Of a stretch of 64,000 nucleotides of DNA, positions 12,227 to 24,539 are shown one piece after another (the first letter of the stretch is position 1; the number at the start of each line of letters is the position of its first letter). The translations under genes were made by a program, and so were the position numbers. Below the pieces are notes generated by a model. The model was not told where the DNA came from, searched no databases, and worked only from the letters and a program-made list of their open reading frames with translations. Source of the stretch: Malacoraja senta (lineage: Eukaryota); the NCBI GenBank assembly GCA_038087875.1, contig CM075997.1, positions 4,032,001-4,096,000 on the forward strand. Direction: 5' to 3'.

Positions 12227-13015
12227 ATGGTGGGCAAGGGGGTGAAGCGGAAGCGGCATGCCGAGGGGGGGCTGGACTCCTTCCAGAAGCTGGCCGACTG
12301 CCCGCAGTCCTACAGCCTGAAGCGGCAGCTGGTGCTCAACACCTCTCTGAACAAGATGCAGAGCGGCCGGGCGCTGCCCGAGCTCAGCCTCCGGCGCACC
12401 GTGCTGATCGCCAACACCCTGCGGCAGATCCAGGAGGAGATGCGGCTGGAGGGCAGCCAGCCTTCGTCCACCGTGGAACTGGAGGGGTGCGGGGCGGAGC
12501 TGGGCGTGCCGCCGCGGGAACCCCCTCCCTCCCGCCTCACCACCGAGAGCTACCCGGACGGCCTCGACGACTACATGCCCCTCGCCTCCGACGAGGACTT
12601 CTCCCTCTCCTCCGCCATCAACTCCATCCTGCGGGACCTGGACATCGTCATCGACGGCAGCCCCTCGCTCTCCCCCCCTCCCGACGACGAGGTGGCGGCT
12701 GAGGACGAGGACGGGGCCGGGGCCCAGCCCTCGGGGCCCCACAGGCCCCTGGAGTCGGTGTTCGGCAGCTTCGAGATCATGAGCTCCAGCTACCTGGTGG
12801 GGGTGACCTTGGACGACCTCTTCCTCGACATCGACACGTCCCTGTGCGAGTGCGAGGCGCCATCGACGGTTCTGACGCCCGGCGGCAGAGCCACCGCCCC
12901 GAGCCCGGCCGACGAATCGACCAAGAGCTTCCCCTCGTTGCTCGGCACCAACCCCAGTTTAAGGACGGACCTGAACGACCTTGATCACATCATGGAGATC
13001 CTGGTCAGCTCTTAA
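12227..13015 (+). CDS. SERTA domain-containing protein (SERTAD1/2/3 / TRIP-Br family), 262 aa, single coding exon
   Basis: Acceptor ttctcttgcatcggcag|gtctccATGG (exon starts 12221). N-terminus MVGKGVKRK; SERTA motif YSLKRQLVLNTSLNKM...LRRTVLIANTLRQIQEEM; acidic LDDLFLDID motif; C-terminal DLNDLDHIMEILVSS typical of the family. The paralog cannot be assigned without phylogeny or synteny. Confidence 0.92.
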   Translation: MVGKGVKRKRHAEGGLDSFQKLADCPQSYSLKRQLVLNTSLNKMQSGRALPELSLRRTVLIANTLRQIQEEMRLEGSQPSSTVELEGCGAELGVPPREPPPSRLTTESYPDGLDDYMPLASDEDFSLSSAINSILRDLDIVIDGSPSLSPPPDDEVAAEDEDGAGAQPSGPHRPLESVFGSFEIMSSSYLVGVTLDDLFLDIDTSLCECEAPSTVLTPGGRATAPSPADESTKSFPSLLGTNPSLRTDLNDLDHIMEILVSS

Positions 13016-14896
13016 AAGAAAGAAGAAGTGAAAAAAAAAAGGAGCCACTACACTGTGACGGGATTCCGACTGACTTCCACTGGCCAAAGATGGCACCTCC
13101 TGCCTGAAGCCCCCCACTCCCCTCGTCCTCCCTCAAACCAAACAATCCCACCACCTGCTGGAAGTGGGGGTGGTGCGTGCTGGCCCTGCCCCATGACTCG
13201 CATTCTACTCAGGGCCCTCAATCGATGCGGGGCAACACTTCACGTCCGTGTACCGAGCGGACAGGCAGGGGAGGTGGGCGGGAGGGAGAGGACGGGGCCG
13301 CATACAGACAAATGGGTACGGGTGCTCACCGACGTGGCTGTCCAGAGGCAAGTCCGCCTCTGGGCAACAACTGCTCAAGACCGCAGGAGAGGTGGATCAA
13401 AGATGTTTCGTATTGTACCTGGAATTGTGGTGGGGAGGTTTTTAAACTAACGATCGTGTTGAATGTGCATTTTCTCTCTCTCACACTCTATCTCTCTTAC
13501 TCTATCTCTCTTACTCTATCTCTCTCTATCTCTCAATATCTCTCACGCTCTCTCTCCTACCTCTCTCTCCCCTCTCTCCCTCTCTCACTCTCTCCTCTCT
13601 ATCTCCCCTTCCCTCTCTGAATTTTACTTTGTATTTGAATTTGGATTTTAAGGTTTTTAATTGAGATTATTATTACACGTGGGAAGACAGATCCCTTTGA
13701 GCCTCCATTTTGAATGTGACGACAAGCTGGGCGAGGGGACAGAGTGAAGCTGACCCCCTGGTGTGACAAGCCAGGCACCTTTCCTTCTGCCAGCCCTGTT
13801 ACTGGAGAGGTCACTTCATGTAGCGTGGTTGTCCGTGCCCTCTTGAGCAATTCTGTTATGATTTGTGTTCCGCCCCCTTGCCAGGCGAACAAGGATCTAT
13901 AATGGTTGCTGTTTATGAGCTGTGTCACACACGTGAGGGGTGGACTGAGGGAGGGGTGGACTGAGGGAAGTTTCGGAGAGCAAGGGCACGAAGCAGCAGC
14001 CTCGATGTTTGGAGACTTGGCACGTCCAAGATCAACCGCCCGCTCTTCCCCGCATTGCCTTCACCGTACCACCTTCCCAGCCCAGTTTTACCCGGTGGTG
14101 AACATGTGTAAGGGGCATACCTTGCCATCCTTGCGCCCGCATTCACCCTGCTGCTCTGGTCCTGAGAAGTCCGATGCCTTAATGGTGGAGGGAGTGGGAA
14201 TGGGAGTGATGGATCGAATCAGAAGGCTGCCCTTTATCCAGAAGGGGGGGGGGGTTCCTTGCTCCAGTGATTTTTGCTACAAACGGGAGTCACCATGACT
14301 CGTCGCTTGCTGGGGAATGCCTGCCAGTGGGCCGTTTGGAAACCCTCGGCAGTGAGGATGGCCTTGCTTGTTTAAAGCTGATGGGCTGGTGCTGAAGTGA
14401 CCCGAACACTTGGAAAATCGAAGTAGACAAAAAATGCTGGAGAAACTCAGCGGGTGAGGCAGCATCTATGGAGCGAAGGAAAAAGGCGACGTTTCGGGTC
14501 GAGACCCTAGGAAAAAGGCGACGTTTCGGGTCGAGACCAGGGGTCTCGACCCGAAACATCGCCTTTTTCCATCGTTCCATAGATGCTGCCTCACCCGCTG
14601 AGTTTCTCCAGCATATTTTGTCTGACTTTCCTCTTTGGTCACTTGCTTCTGTCTGCACCACAATGTGCAAGATGCAAGGGTGTGGACTCTTCAGCTTCTG
14701 ATCCTCTTCAGTCAGGTCTCTACCGTTCAGTATTTTAACTATTTGTAGGGTGTCATGAATGTTTTCCGATGTATTTAAGAACATGATCACTGCTAATAGA
14801 AAGCTATGGTCCCTGTTCTAGTTTATAAAGAGATATTAAGGTTAAACAGCCATATTAAATTATCAATGTTCCGTAACCGCACTACCGACACAGTTA

Positions 14897-15239
14897 TGGG
14901 CCTGTCCCACTTACGCAACCTTTTTCGGCGACTGCCGGCACCCGTCATAGGTCGTTGCAGGTGGCCGAAAAATTTCCAACATGTCGAAAATCCAACGGCG
15001 ACCAGAAAGACGCAACGACTCTTTGGGCGACTGAGAAGACTACTCACGACCATACAGGCGACACCCTGGCGACATGTCGCGGGGTGAAGCCTGTATGGTC
15101 ATGAGTAGTCACCCAAAGAGTCGTACCTTGTTCTGGTGGCCGCTGGATTTTCAACATGTTGAAAATTTTCGGCGACCTGTAACGACCTATGACGGGTGCC
15201 AGCAGTCGCCGAAAAAGTCGCATAAGTGGGACAGGCCCG
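14897..15239. mobile_element. PIF/Harbinger-like palindromic MITE
   Basis: TIR GGGCCTGTCCCACTTA; TTA TSD; nearly the whole element is an inverted repeat. Confidence 0.8.
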
Positions 15240-18200
15240 TTAAGTATTTTTAAACTTTGTTTCGTGATGGCACATTGTATGGGGCAGAGTTTAGCAGTAA
15301 CTAAGTTGATTTTTTTTTTTGTACTGGTGTAAATGCCACTTAATTTGTCTTCCTGTGTGTTTTTTGTGTTGAAGTGGGTGGGTGGTGGATTCAGGCAGAG
15401 TATAAATTTACAACAAGAAGGCGGCTTTGCCTTTCTGAATCAGTTCCACGATTATCCTTTTTATGCGTGGGGAGATGGAGCAGAAAATCTGCGGGGCAAT
15501 CCATGATTCAGTCGTCACGGCAGGAGGCATTCTTCCTTAAAAGGGCTCGAAGCGCAAGATGTTCTACCAGGGAGGGGGTTCTATTCGCAGCCCATGGGAA
15601 ATCATGAAGCAATGGGTTTAAGAAGGAACTGCAGATGCTGCAAAAACTAAGGTAGACAAAAATGCTGGAGAAACTCAGCGGGTGAGGCAGCATCTATGGA
15701 GCGAAGGAAATAGGCGACGTTTCGGGTTGAGACCCTTCTTCAGACTGATGTGAGGGCGGGGGGGGAAGAAGAAAGGAAGAGACGGGGACAGTGGGCTGAG
15801 AAGGGGAGGAGAAAGCCGGGTCTACCTGAAATTAGAGAAGTCAATGTTCATACCGCTGGGGTGTAAATTTCCCAAGCGAAATATGAGGTGCTGCTCCTCC
15901 AATTTACGGTGGCAATAGGAGTGATTTTAAAAAGAATTGGGGAAAGTGCCTCACGGTTTGCTATCTGCCGACCACATATGCATGCCCCTGGTTGATGTAG
16001 GGAGAATTTTACAGAGTTATTCTTGCGGCAGCTCTACTGTAACGTCCACCCACCCTGCTTCCTCTGGTTTATATGTCCATGAATTTGAATAGCACAGTGG
16101 TGATCACTTAGGGGAATTGGGGGGGGGGGGGGGTGCTAGGTGTGCATTTTAAGACATTTTATTTTTTGTTTCTGTCACTTTATCTTATATTAGGTTTGCA
16201 CCTGTTAATCTTGGGAGAATAGAGCAAATAATGTGGCTTGTAATGAAACTCCTTTTTCGGTATCACGGTCTCTAGCTCGCTTGTGCATAGTGAAGCTTCA
16301 TAAAGAATATGCTGAATCTCAAAGCCATGCTTCAATTGTGTACCACTATCTTTTACACTTGCCAGTAATTGTTTTTTGTATCCTCTGTACAAGACTTATT
16401 TGTGCACGCACCATTGCTGTCTCCAACCATTGGAAGCAGTTTGCCTTGTTTCAGGTACCGGTAACATGGAAAGGGTTCTGTATTGACCCACACTGCTGCT
16501 CCCAGTCCAACTCCCTGTGTGGCTGGCGTTGCTTTTAACTGATCACTGCTTGCCTTTCAATGTTGAACTTGTCGAGATTTTGACATCTTGCACACAGCTC
16601 GCCCTCGTGGCCTGTTGATATTTGGAAGGACCTGCATCTCTAACCGCCAGTCCCTTGCCCCGTCTGTGAAGCTCACTCTGTTCTATGCAAGTTTAGCCTT
16701 CGACCTTTTTTAACGTAACATTATAACTGTTTAACAAAAGACGTGTAAATATGGATTGAAATGGGGCGGTGCAAAGGTTCAATCCCACCTTCAAGCATGT
16801 TAGTTTTTAAAAATGATTGTAACAATTCCCACTGGATGCTTTTAAATTATGCACAGTTCTCAGGAACCATTGTAATAAGTTCAGAAGTTATAGGAGCAGA
16901 ATTAGGCCATTCGGCCCATCATCTCCTCCACCATTCAATCATGGCTGATCCATCTTTCCCTCTCAGCCCCATTCTCCTGCCTTCTCCCATTCCCCTGACA
17001 CCCGTACTAATTAAGAATATGTCAGTCTCCACCTTAAAAATATCCATTGACTTGGCCTCCACAGCCTGTGGCAGTGAATTCCACAGATTCACCACCCTCT
17101 GACTGAAAAAACTCCTCCTCATTTCCTTCCTAAAAGAACCGTCCTTTAATTCTGAAGCTATGACCTCTGGTCCTAGACTCTCCCACTAATGGAAACATCC
17201 TCTCCACATCCACTCTATCCAAGCCAGTTCTTGCTGGAAGCTGTCGGCTAAGGAAAGAGACGTGCGAGTTAATCTTTAAGTGAGGTCCATTCATTGACTA
17301 ATCTTATCCTGAGCAGGCTGACCTTGCGTATTTCCACATTCCCTATTTTCTCCGCTTGGAGGCAACGTACTGTCCGCACGGACTACAAATGGATAACGCA
17401 GCTGTTGATTTGGTAGTTTGCTGTCCTTCTCATAATCACGGATCATGAGCCAGAGATTTAATACTGTTGATCAGTGATGATTAAGGCCCAGTGTGCGTTG
17501 GTTGGAGAGCTGGTGTTTAATGGCGGAAAGGTCTTGTGCACATTGAGATGATAATGTTGAGTTGAGAATTATGTGAATTTTATTTAATGTGAATAGTTAT
17601 ATATTTTATGAAAATGTTTAACACAAAGTTTTGCTTCTACACAGCAAGTCTTTTAGAGTAAAATTACACATCCTACCTGTAAACAGTTCCACATAAACCC
17701 AGCACAACTCTCCGATGTGGACCTCTTTAGGAAAGGCAGCATTTTGATCCTTTGTTTGTGGTGATTTTCTCGGAGGGAGGGGGGGGGGGTTTGCAATGAC
17801 ATGCTGGAGTCCAGCACTTCTCCAGACTTGGCCCAAAGTCCGCTGGGAAAGACGTGTAGGAAGGAACTGCAGATGCTGCTTTACACCGAAGATAGACACA
17901 GAATGCTGGAGCAACTCAGCGGGTCGGGCAGCATCTCCGGAGAAAAGGAATAGGTGACGTTTCCGGTTGAGACCCTTCTTCAGACTATGTCTGTATGGAG
18001 GTTGTAGAACTCTGAAGAAGGGTCTCAACACTTTTTCTCCAGAGCTGCTGCCTGACCCGCTGAGTTGCTCCACCATTTTGTGACTATCTTCACTGAGAGA
18101 TGATTCACTGTTGAGTCCTTGTACACACACTCACACACAATCCTCACACACACACACACTTATACTTTCTGAAAGGAAAAGTACTTATTTATCTGCTTCC

Positions 18201-18488
18201 CCCTCAAAATAAACCTGGATTACCATTGTGTGTGTGTTTGTGTCAGGAGATTTATTTAACTTTAGCTGCAGTCTCTAGCTCAAGTCTGCTGTTAGGTGCT
18301 TGTATTTACAAGAGAACCTCATTACCCCATGAGGCCAGTGAATGTAAAGCGATCAGTGACTTTGGGCTGAGACGGGTGCTTGCTAGTTCGACTACTACTG
18401 CAACACCGTGTTGCTCCGATGGTTGTGCTGTGGTTTAGGGTGTGAACCAGACTGTGGTGCTGCTCAAATGACTATGCAATAACTGTCC

Positions 18489-18524
18489 AATAAAAATGCA
18501 GGTATTTACATTTTCTTAAATAAA
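18489..18524 (+). terminator. Candidate polyadenylation signals ending a long SERTAD 3' UTR
   Basis: AATAAA at 18489-18494 and 18519-18524, followed by GT/T-rich sequence, after a long largely unique AU-rich stretch. Another AATAAA at 18208. Confidence 0.4.
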
Positions 18525-18660
18525 TTTTTTAAAACAAATTGCAAGTTTTGTTACTCATTGCTTTGTGTCTTTCGACTTTAAAGATACCGTGCGGGAACAG
18601 ACCCTTTGGCCCTCTGTGCCGACCAGCGATCACCCTGCACGCTAGCACTATCCTACATAC

Positions 18661-19261
18661 TTCTTCCTCGTGTCCGGCCATCGTCTATATCATAGAAACA
18701 TAGAAAATAGGTGCAGAAGTAGGCCATTCGGCCCTTCGAGCCTGCACCGCCATTCAATATGATCATGGCTGATCATCCAACTCAGTATCCTGTACCTGCC
18801 TTCTCTCCATACCCCCTGATCCCTTTAGCCACAAGGGCCACATCTAACTCCCTCTTAAATATAGCCAATGAACTGGCCTCAACTACCTTCTGTGGCAGAG
18901 AATTCCAGAGATTCGTGAAAAATGTTTTTCTCATCTCGGTCCTAAAAGACTTCCCTCTTATCCTTAAACTGTGACCCCTTGTTCTGGACTTCCCCAACAT
19001 CGGGAACAATCTTCCTGCATCTAGCCTGTCCAACCCCTTAAGAATTTTGTAAGTTTGTAAGATTCCCCCTCAATCTTCTAAATTCTAGCGAGCACAAGCC
19101 GAGTCTATCCAGTCTTTCTTCATATCACGTCTTTCCGGTCGGTCAGTGACGGTTGACGTTCGGTGGTTGCAGAATTGGCTACTTCAGTCAGTCACTGTGG
19201 TACAGTTTCTGTCGTCAGCATTGCCCGGGATGCGCCACGTGGAGGCTTCTGCTTGCATCCC
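18661..19261 (-). mobile_element. Short ribozyme-headed retroposon (family A, ~165 nt after removing a nested CR1 fragment at ~18693-19121)
   Basis: 5' end is ribozyme G1 (19261); 3' end GAGGAAGAA. 11-bp TSD ATCCTACAYAC at 18650-18660 and 19262-19272, inside an HE1-like SINE. Confidence 0.75.
19169..19261 (-). ncRNA. HDV-like self-cleaving ribozyme fold (family A), 93 nt
   Basis: P1 GGGAUGC/GCAUCCC; P2 GCAGAA/UUCUGC; P3 GCC/GGC; L3 UCCACGU; P1.1 CC/GG; GGGCAA junction as in genomic HDV; P4 closed by UGCU/AGUA; J4/2 G-C-CAA with putative catalytic C at 19178. Confidence 0.85.
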
Positions 19262-20315
19262 ATCCTACACACTGGGGACAATTAAAAAAATTTTTTAACC
19301 AAATCCAATTAACCTACATACCTGCGCGTCTTTGGAGGGTGGGAGGAAACCGGAGCACCCGGAGAAAACTCACATGATCACAGGAAGAATATACAAACTC
19401 CGTACAGACAGCACCCATAGTCGGGATCGAACCCGGATCTCTGGCGCTGTGAGGCAGCAACTCTAACCGCTGCGCCACCATACCGCTCCAATTTATTTAT
19501 TATTTTTTTCGGGTGATTGCAGATTTACTGAAGCCTTTGTGTTTCTATTTCTGATAGATTAAAGCCCTTACCTGAACCTGGGGATTTGAAAAATACGTCA
19601 CAGCTGGTTTATTCTTTAGCGTGGTCCCTGTGGTAATCTAGGAGACATTACACTCAATTTCTGTAACACACTTTGGAAGTTTTTTTTATTGATTGAAAGA
19701 TACAGCATGGAAACGACCTTCGACCCACTGAGTCCATGCCGACCATGGATCAACCGTTCAAGCTGGTTCTGTGTTATTCCACTTTCTCATCCACCCTACA
19801 CAATCGTGGCAATTTACAGGGACCCAATTAACCTAAAAGAATCTCACGTGGGGGAGAAACTGGAGCGCCTGGAGAAAACCCACGTGGTCACAGGGAGAAA
19901 GTACAAACTCCATGCAGGCAACACTGGGATTTCCGTGTGACTTGCTCTCACTGCTCCCCATCTGTGATTCCTGCTGCCACCCTACTCTATCACCGTGTTA
20001 CTCTTCAATCATAAGGAATAGGAATAGAATTAGGCCATTCGGTCCATCAAGTCTACTCCACCATTCAATCTTGGCTAATCTATCTCTCCCTCCTAACCCC
20101 ATTCTCCTGACTTCTCCCCATAATCTCTGGCACCTGTACTGATCAAGAATCTATCTATCTCTGCCTTTAAAATATCCACTGACTAGGCCTCCACAGCTTT
20201 CTGTGGCAAAGAATTCCACAGATTCACCACCCTCTGTGTTTTCATCTCAATCCTGTCTTTTCATCTCTGACCTTTGTCTGCTATCAACACCCCCCCCCCC
20301 CCACCTCTCCTCACC

Positions 20316-20436
20316 TTCTTCTTGCGTATGGCGTGCACAGCCTAAAGTTGTAGGACAACTTGTTCTATTTGATCTTATTTGACTGTGCATTCGTTGAAAC
20401 AGGGCGGACCACGTGAAGGTTGCAATCCCCCACCCC
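20316..20436 (-). mobile_element. Family B ribozyme-headed retroposon, copy with internal deletion
   Basis: Minus strand reads GGGGTGG GG GATTGCA ACC TTCACGT GGT CCGCCCT GT TTCAA CGAA TGCA, then a 16-nt deletion, the same 3' body and a GAAGAA tail. Approximate TSD TCWCCTCACC. Confidence 0.75.
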
Positions 20437-21409
20437 TCACCTCACCTGTAGCACCTTACACATACCACAGACTTGCACCTCCTCTCTTCCAGCTTTCTAA
20501 ACCCTCTCCCTTCCCCATACTACATCTGACCCAAAACGTCACCTATCCATGTTCACCAGAGTTGCTGCCTGCCTGTTGAGTTAATCTAACTTTTCGTGCT
20601 AAATTTGTCTAATTTCACCTTACAGCTAATAAATTCTAATCCAGGTAACATTCTGGTAAAGGTAGACACAGAGTGCTGGAGTAACTCAGCGGGTCAGGCA
20701 GCATCTCTGGAGAAAAAGGGATGGGTGACGTTTCTGGTTGGGATCGTTCTTCAGACTAAGAAGGGTCCTTTTTGCTGCCTGACCCGTCATTTACTCCAAC
20801 AGTGTCGATCTTTGGTTTCTACTTTGATCAGCATTCTGGTAAACCTCTGCACGTTCTCCAAAGCCTCCACATCCTTCCTGTAAGGTGGCCAGAACTGCAC
20901 GCAATACTCCAAATGTGGCCTGACCATGGTCCTGTAAAGATGCATCATGACTTCCTGACGCTTACACTTAATGCCCCAACTAATGAAGGCAAGCATACCA
21001 TATGTCTTCTTTACCCCACTCTGTCTACTTGTGACAGGGAGCTGTGAGCCTGTACCTGTTCTTAGAATGAAGGGGAGGCCATTTAAGACTGAGGTGAGAA
21101 AAAACTCTTTCACCCAGGGAGTTGTGAATTTGTGGAATTCCCTGCCACAGAGGGCAGTGGAGGCCAAGTCACTGGAGGGATTTAAGAGAGAGTTAGATAG
21201 AGCTCTAGGGGCTAGTGGAGTCAAGGGATATGGGGAGAAGGCAGGCACGGGTTATTGATTGGGGACGATCAGCCATGATCACAATGAATGGCAGTGCTGG
21301 CTCGAAGGGCCAAATGGCCTCCTCCTGCACCTATTTTCTATGTTTCTATGTTCTAGTACATCTAATAATTCTATTATTAATGAGTTGAGGTATTAATGGA
21401 ATACCTCAA

Positions 21410-21575
21410 CTTCTTCTTGCGTATGGCGTGCACAGCCTAAAGTTGTACATAGATACATAGATACATAGAAAATAGTTGTAGGACAACTTGTTCTATTTGA
21501 TCTAATTTGATTGTGCACGCCAGGTTGATTGCATTCGTCGAAACAGGTGAGGTGAAGGTTGCAATCTCCCACCTC
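21410..21575 (-). mobile_element. Family B ribozyme-headed retroposon, damaged copy with nested CR1-tail insertion
   Basis: Same body and tail. The P3'/P1' segment is altered. A short CR1-tail insert is flanked by AGTTGTA repeats (21441-21447, 21474-21480). Confidence 0.7.
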
Positions 21576-22406
21576 ATCACATCCAATAATTCAGCACCAT
21601 CAAAGCACCAAGATGCCGTATTAGAAACATAGAAAAATAGGTGCAGGAGTAGGCCATTCGGCCCTTCGAGCCAGCACCACCATTCAATGTGATCATGGCT
21701 GATCATCCCAATCAGTACCCCGTTCCTGCCTTCTCCCCATATCCCCTGACTCCGCTATCTTTAAGAGCCCTATCTAGCTCTCTCTTGAAAGTATCCAGAG
21801 AACCGGCCTCCACTGCCCTCTGAGGCAGAGAATTCCACAGACTCACAACTCTCTCCGGAGATGCTGCCTGATCCGCAGTTTATTCCAGAATTTTATCTCT
21901 ACAGTGTAAACCAGCATCTGCAGTTCCTTCTTACACAATTATAAAGACATAGTTGCTAATGTTCTGAAAACCTCTTACTGCAGAGAACACAACAATTGAT
22001 TTTCTTAACTGCTTGCTTCTCCCATGTGCTTGCTCACAGTGGCTGGTGTATGAGAACCAAATCTCTTCTGTATGTTAACCATTTGTGATATACACACTTT
22101 CAAAGTAACATAGAGCCCATCTGCATTTTTATCCTATGAGAGAATTCCCTACTGACACAATGGGTGTGTTTTTTCCCCCTGATGAGTCACATTGAATCCT
22201 ATTCACGATTCACATCCCACTCCGCTCAGTGTCACTGGCAACCTTACCTGACACCAGGAAGTCCAGAAAATGACACAGAATGCTGGAGTAACTCAGCGGG
22301 TCGGGCAGCATCTCTGCAGAACATGGGTGGGTCTCACTTCAGCTCAGCACCCCTTTTTCAAGCTGATTGTGGTAGGGCGGGTGAGAAAGCTGGAAGAGAG
22401 GAAGGA

Positions 22407-22945
22407 CAGTTGTACAGTTTTGGTCCCCTAATTTGAGGAAGGATATTCTTGCTATTGAGGGAGTGCAGCGTAGGTTTACAAGGTTAATTCCCGGGATGGC
22501 GGGACTGTCATATGCTGAGAGAATGGAGCAGCTGGGCTTGTACACTCTGGAGTTTAGAAGGATGAGAGGATATCTTATTGAAACATATAAGATTATTAAA
22601 GATTTGGATATGCTAGAGGCAGGAAACATGTTCCCGATGTTGGGGGAGTCCAGAACCAGGGGCCACAGTTTAAGAATAAGGAGTAAGCCATTTAGAACGG
22701 AGACGAGGAAACACTTTTTCTCACAGAGAGTGGTGAGTCTGTGGAATTCTCTGCCTCAGAGGGCGGTGGAGGCCGGTTCTCTGGATACTTTCAAGAGAGA
22801 GCTAGATAGGGCTCTTAAAGATAGCGGAGTCAGGAGATATGGGAGAAGGCAGGAACGGGGTACTGATTGGAGCAGATGATCACATTGAATGGCGGTGCTG
22901 GCTCGAAGGGCCGAATGGCCTACTCCTGCACCTATTGTCTATTGA
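22407..22945 (+). mobile_element. CR1 (HER1-like) LINE 3' fragment (representative copy)
   Basis: RT C-terminal peptide VQRRFTRLIPGM...LGLYTLEFRRMRG...RTRGHSLRI...FFSQRVVSLWNSLP. Similar fragments at ~3840-4380 (-), 11700-12085 (+), 32040-33070 (+), 35320-35715 (-), 37045-37475 (-), 41440-41895 (-), 51470-51880 (-), 54700-55243 (-), 56005-56515 (-) and 58505-58995 (+). Confidence 0.9.
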
Positions 22946-23675
22946 GTGAGGTGAACACTGGAGAGAAGAAGGGTCTCGACCTGAAACGTCACCCATTTCT
23001 CACCTGTCCTGCTGAGTTACTCCAGCTCTTTGTGTCTATCTTCAGTTTAAACCAGCATCTGGAGTTCCTTCCCACACAAGTGATAGGTGAAGACAGATGA
23101 GCAGAGTTTTGATAGGCAGATGGTTCGACTAAAGGCTGAGATGAAAAGACAAAAGGGAGACAAAAATGCTGGAGAAACTCAGCAGGTGCAGCAGCATCTA
23201 TGGGGCAAAGGAAATAGGAAACGTTTCGGCCCGAAACGTTGCCTATTTCCTTCGCTCCATAGATGCTGCCACACCCGCTGAGTTTCTCCAGCATTTTTGT
23301 CTACCTTCGATTTTCCAGCATCTGCAGTTCCTTCTTGAACAAAAGACAAAAGGTGTGAGATAAGGAGTGGATTGTGAAGCCAGAGGAAGGAATATAAGTG
23401 TGTGAGGGAGGGGGGGGGGGGATAAATGGTTGTGAGTCCAGGTGGACTACGGTGAAGGAGGAAGAACTGCAGATGCTGGTTTACAAAACAAGACAAAGTG
23501 CTGGAGTACCTTCATTGGTTCAGGCAGCCACTCTGGATGGGTCCCAAACCAAAACGTCGCCTATCCGTGTCTTGCAGAGATGCTGCCAGGCCCGCTGAGT
23601 TACTCTAGCACTTTCTGTCTGTTTTATTCTCAATATTACATTCTGATATCTGAAATAGATCCATTTATTCCCATT

Positions 23676-23886
23676 GTTTAAGAAGGAACTGCAGATGCTG
23701 GAAAATCGAAGGTAGACAAAAATGCTGGAGAAACTCAGCGGGTGAGGCAGCATCTATCGAGCGAAGGAAATAGGCAACGTTTCGGGATCAAACCCCTTAC
23801 GAAGGGTCTCGACCCGAAACGTTGCCTGTTTCCTTGGCTCCATAGATGCTGCCTCGCCCGCTGAGTTTCTCCAGCATTTTTGTCGA
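23676..23886. mobile_element. Palindromic Penelope-terminal insertion with 15-bp TSD
   Basis: CCATTTATTCCCATT at 23661-23675 and 23887-23901. Confidence 0.75.
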
Positions 23887-24539
23887 CCATTTATTCCCAT
23901 TTCCTTGTTGCTGAATTTGTGTGTGTTTTTTAATCCACGTAAAACTCCTTAGAGGCACAGCATGGACACAGGCCATTCGGCCCACCACGTTCACACTCAC
24001 CCCCTTCATACCAGTCGAAGTTATGCCATTCCCTGCAACCCAGCGGGCAATTGTACAGAATACAATGAACCTACAAACACGCACGACTTTGCGATGTGGG
24101 AAGAAACCCGCGCAGTCACAGGGAGAGCGTGCAAACTCCACATAGACAGCATCCGAGGTCAGGATCGAACCCGGGTCTCTGGCAGCAGCTCCACCAGCTC
24201 AATCAAACTGACCCTAAACTTCGCCGATCCATGCCCTCCAGGCAGGCTGCCCGACCCGCGGGGTCACTCCGGCACTTTGTCCCGCATCTGCAGTTCCTTG
24301 TCTCCACATTTGAGCAGCCCTGCTACTGTGCTGCCCTTGTCCATCTTGTATTGCTACAATCCACATTCTTAAAGCCTTACTTCCTGAAACGTAAATCTGC
24401 TGCTACTGTGGCGCCACGTAAATACAAACCTTTTGGGGTTTTTTTTCAGATGGCTGAGATCGGCGACGCTGGTTTCCTCCGGAGAGGCCGGCAGGCGGAG
24501 TCTGTCTGTCTGTCTGTCTATCTGCAGCGCATCAGTGTG

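Noticed and set aside
12083..12742. 219-aa antisense ORF over SERTAD
   Set aside because: Typical antisense shadow of a high-GC3 coding exon.
16595..16625. GCCCTCGTGGC resembling an HDV P3/L3
   Set aside because: The loop is too short and no flanking P1/P2 pairing was found.
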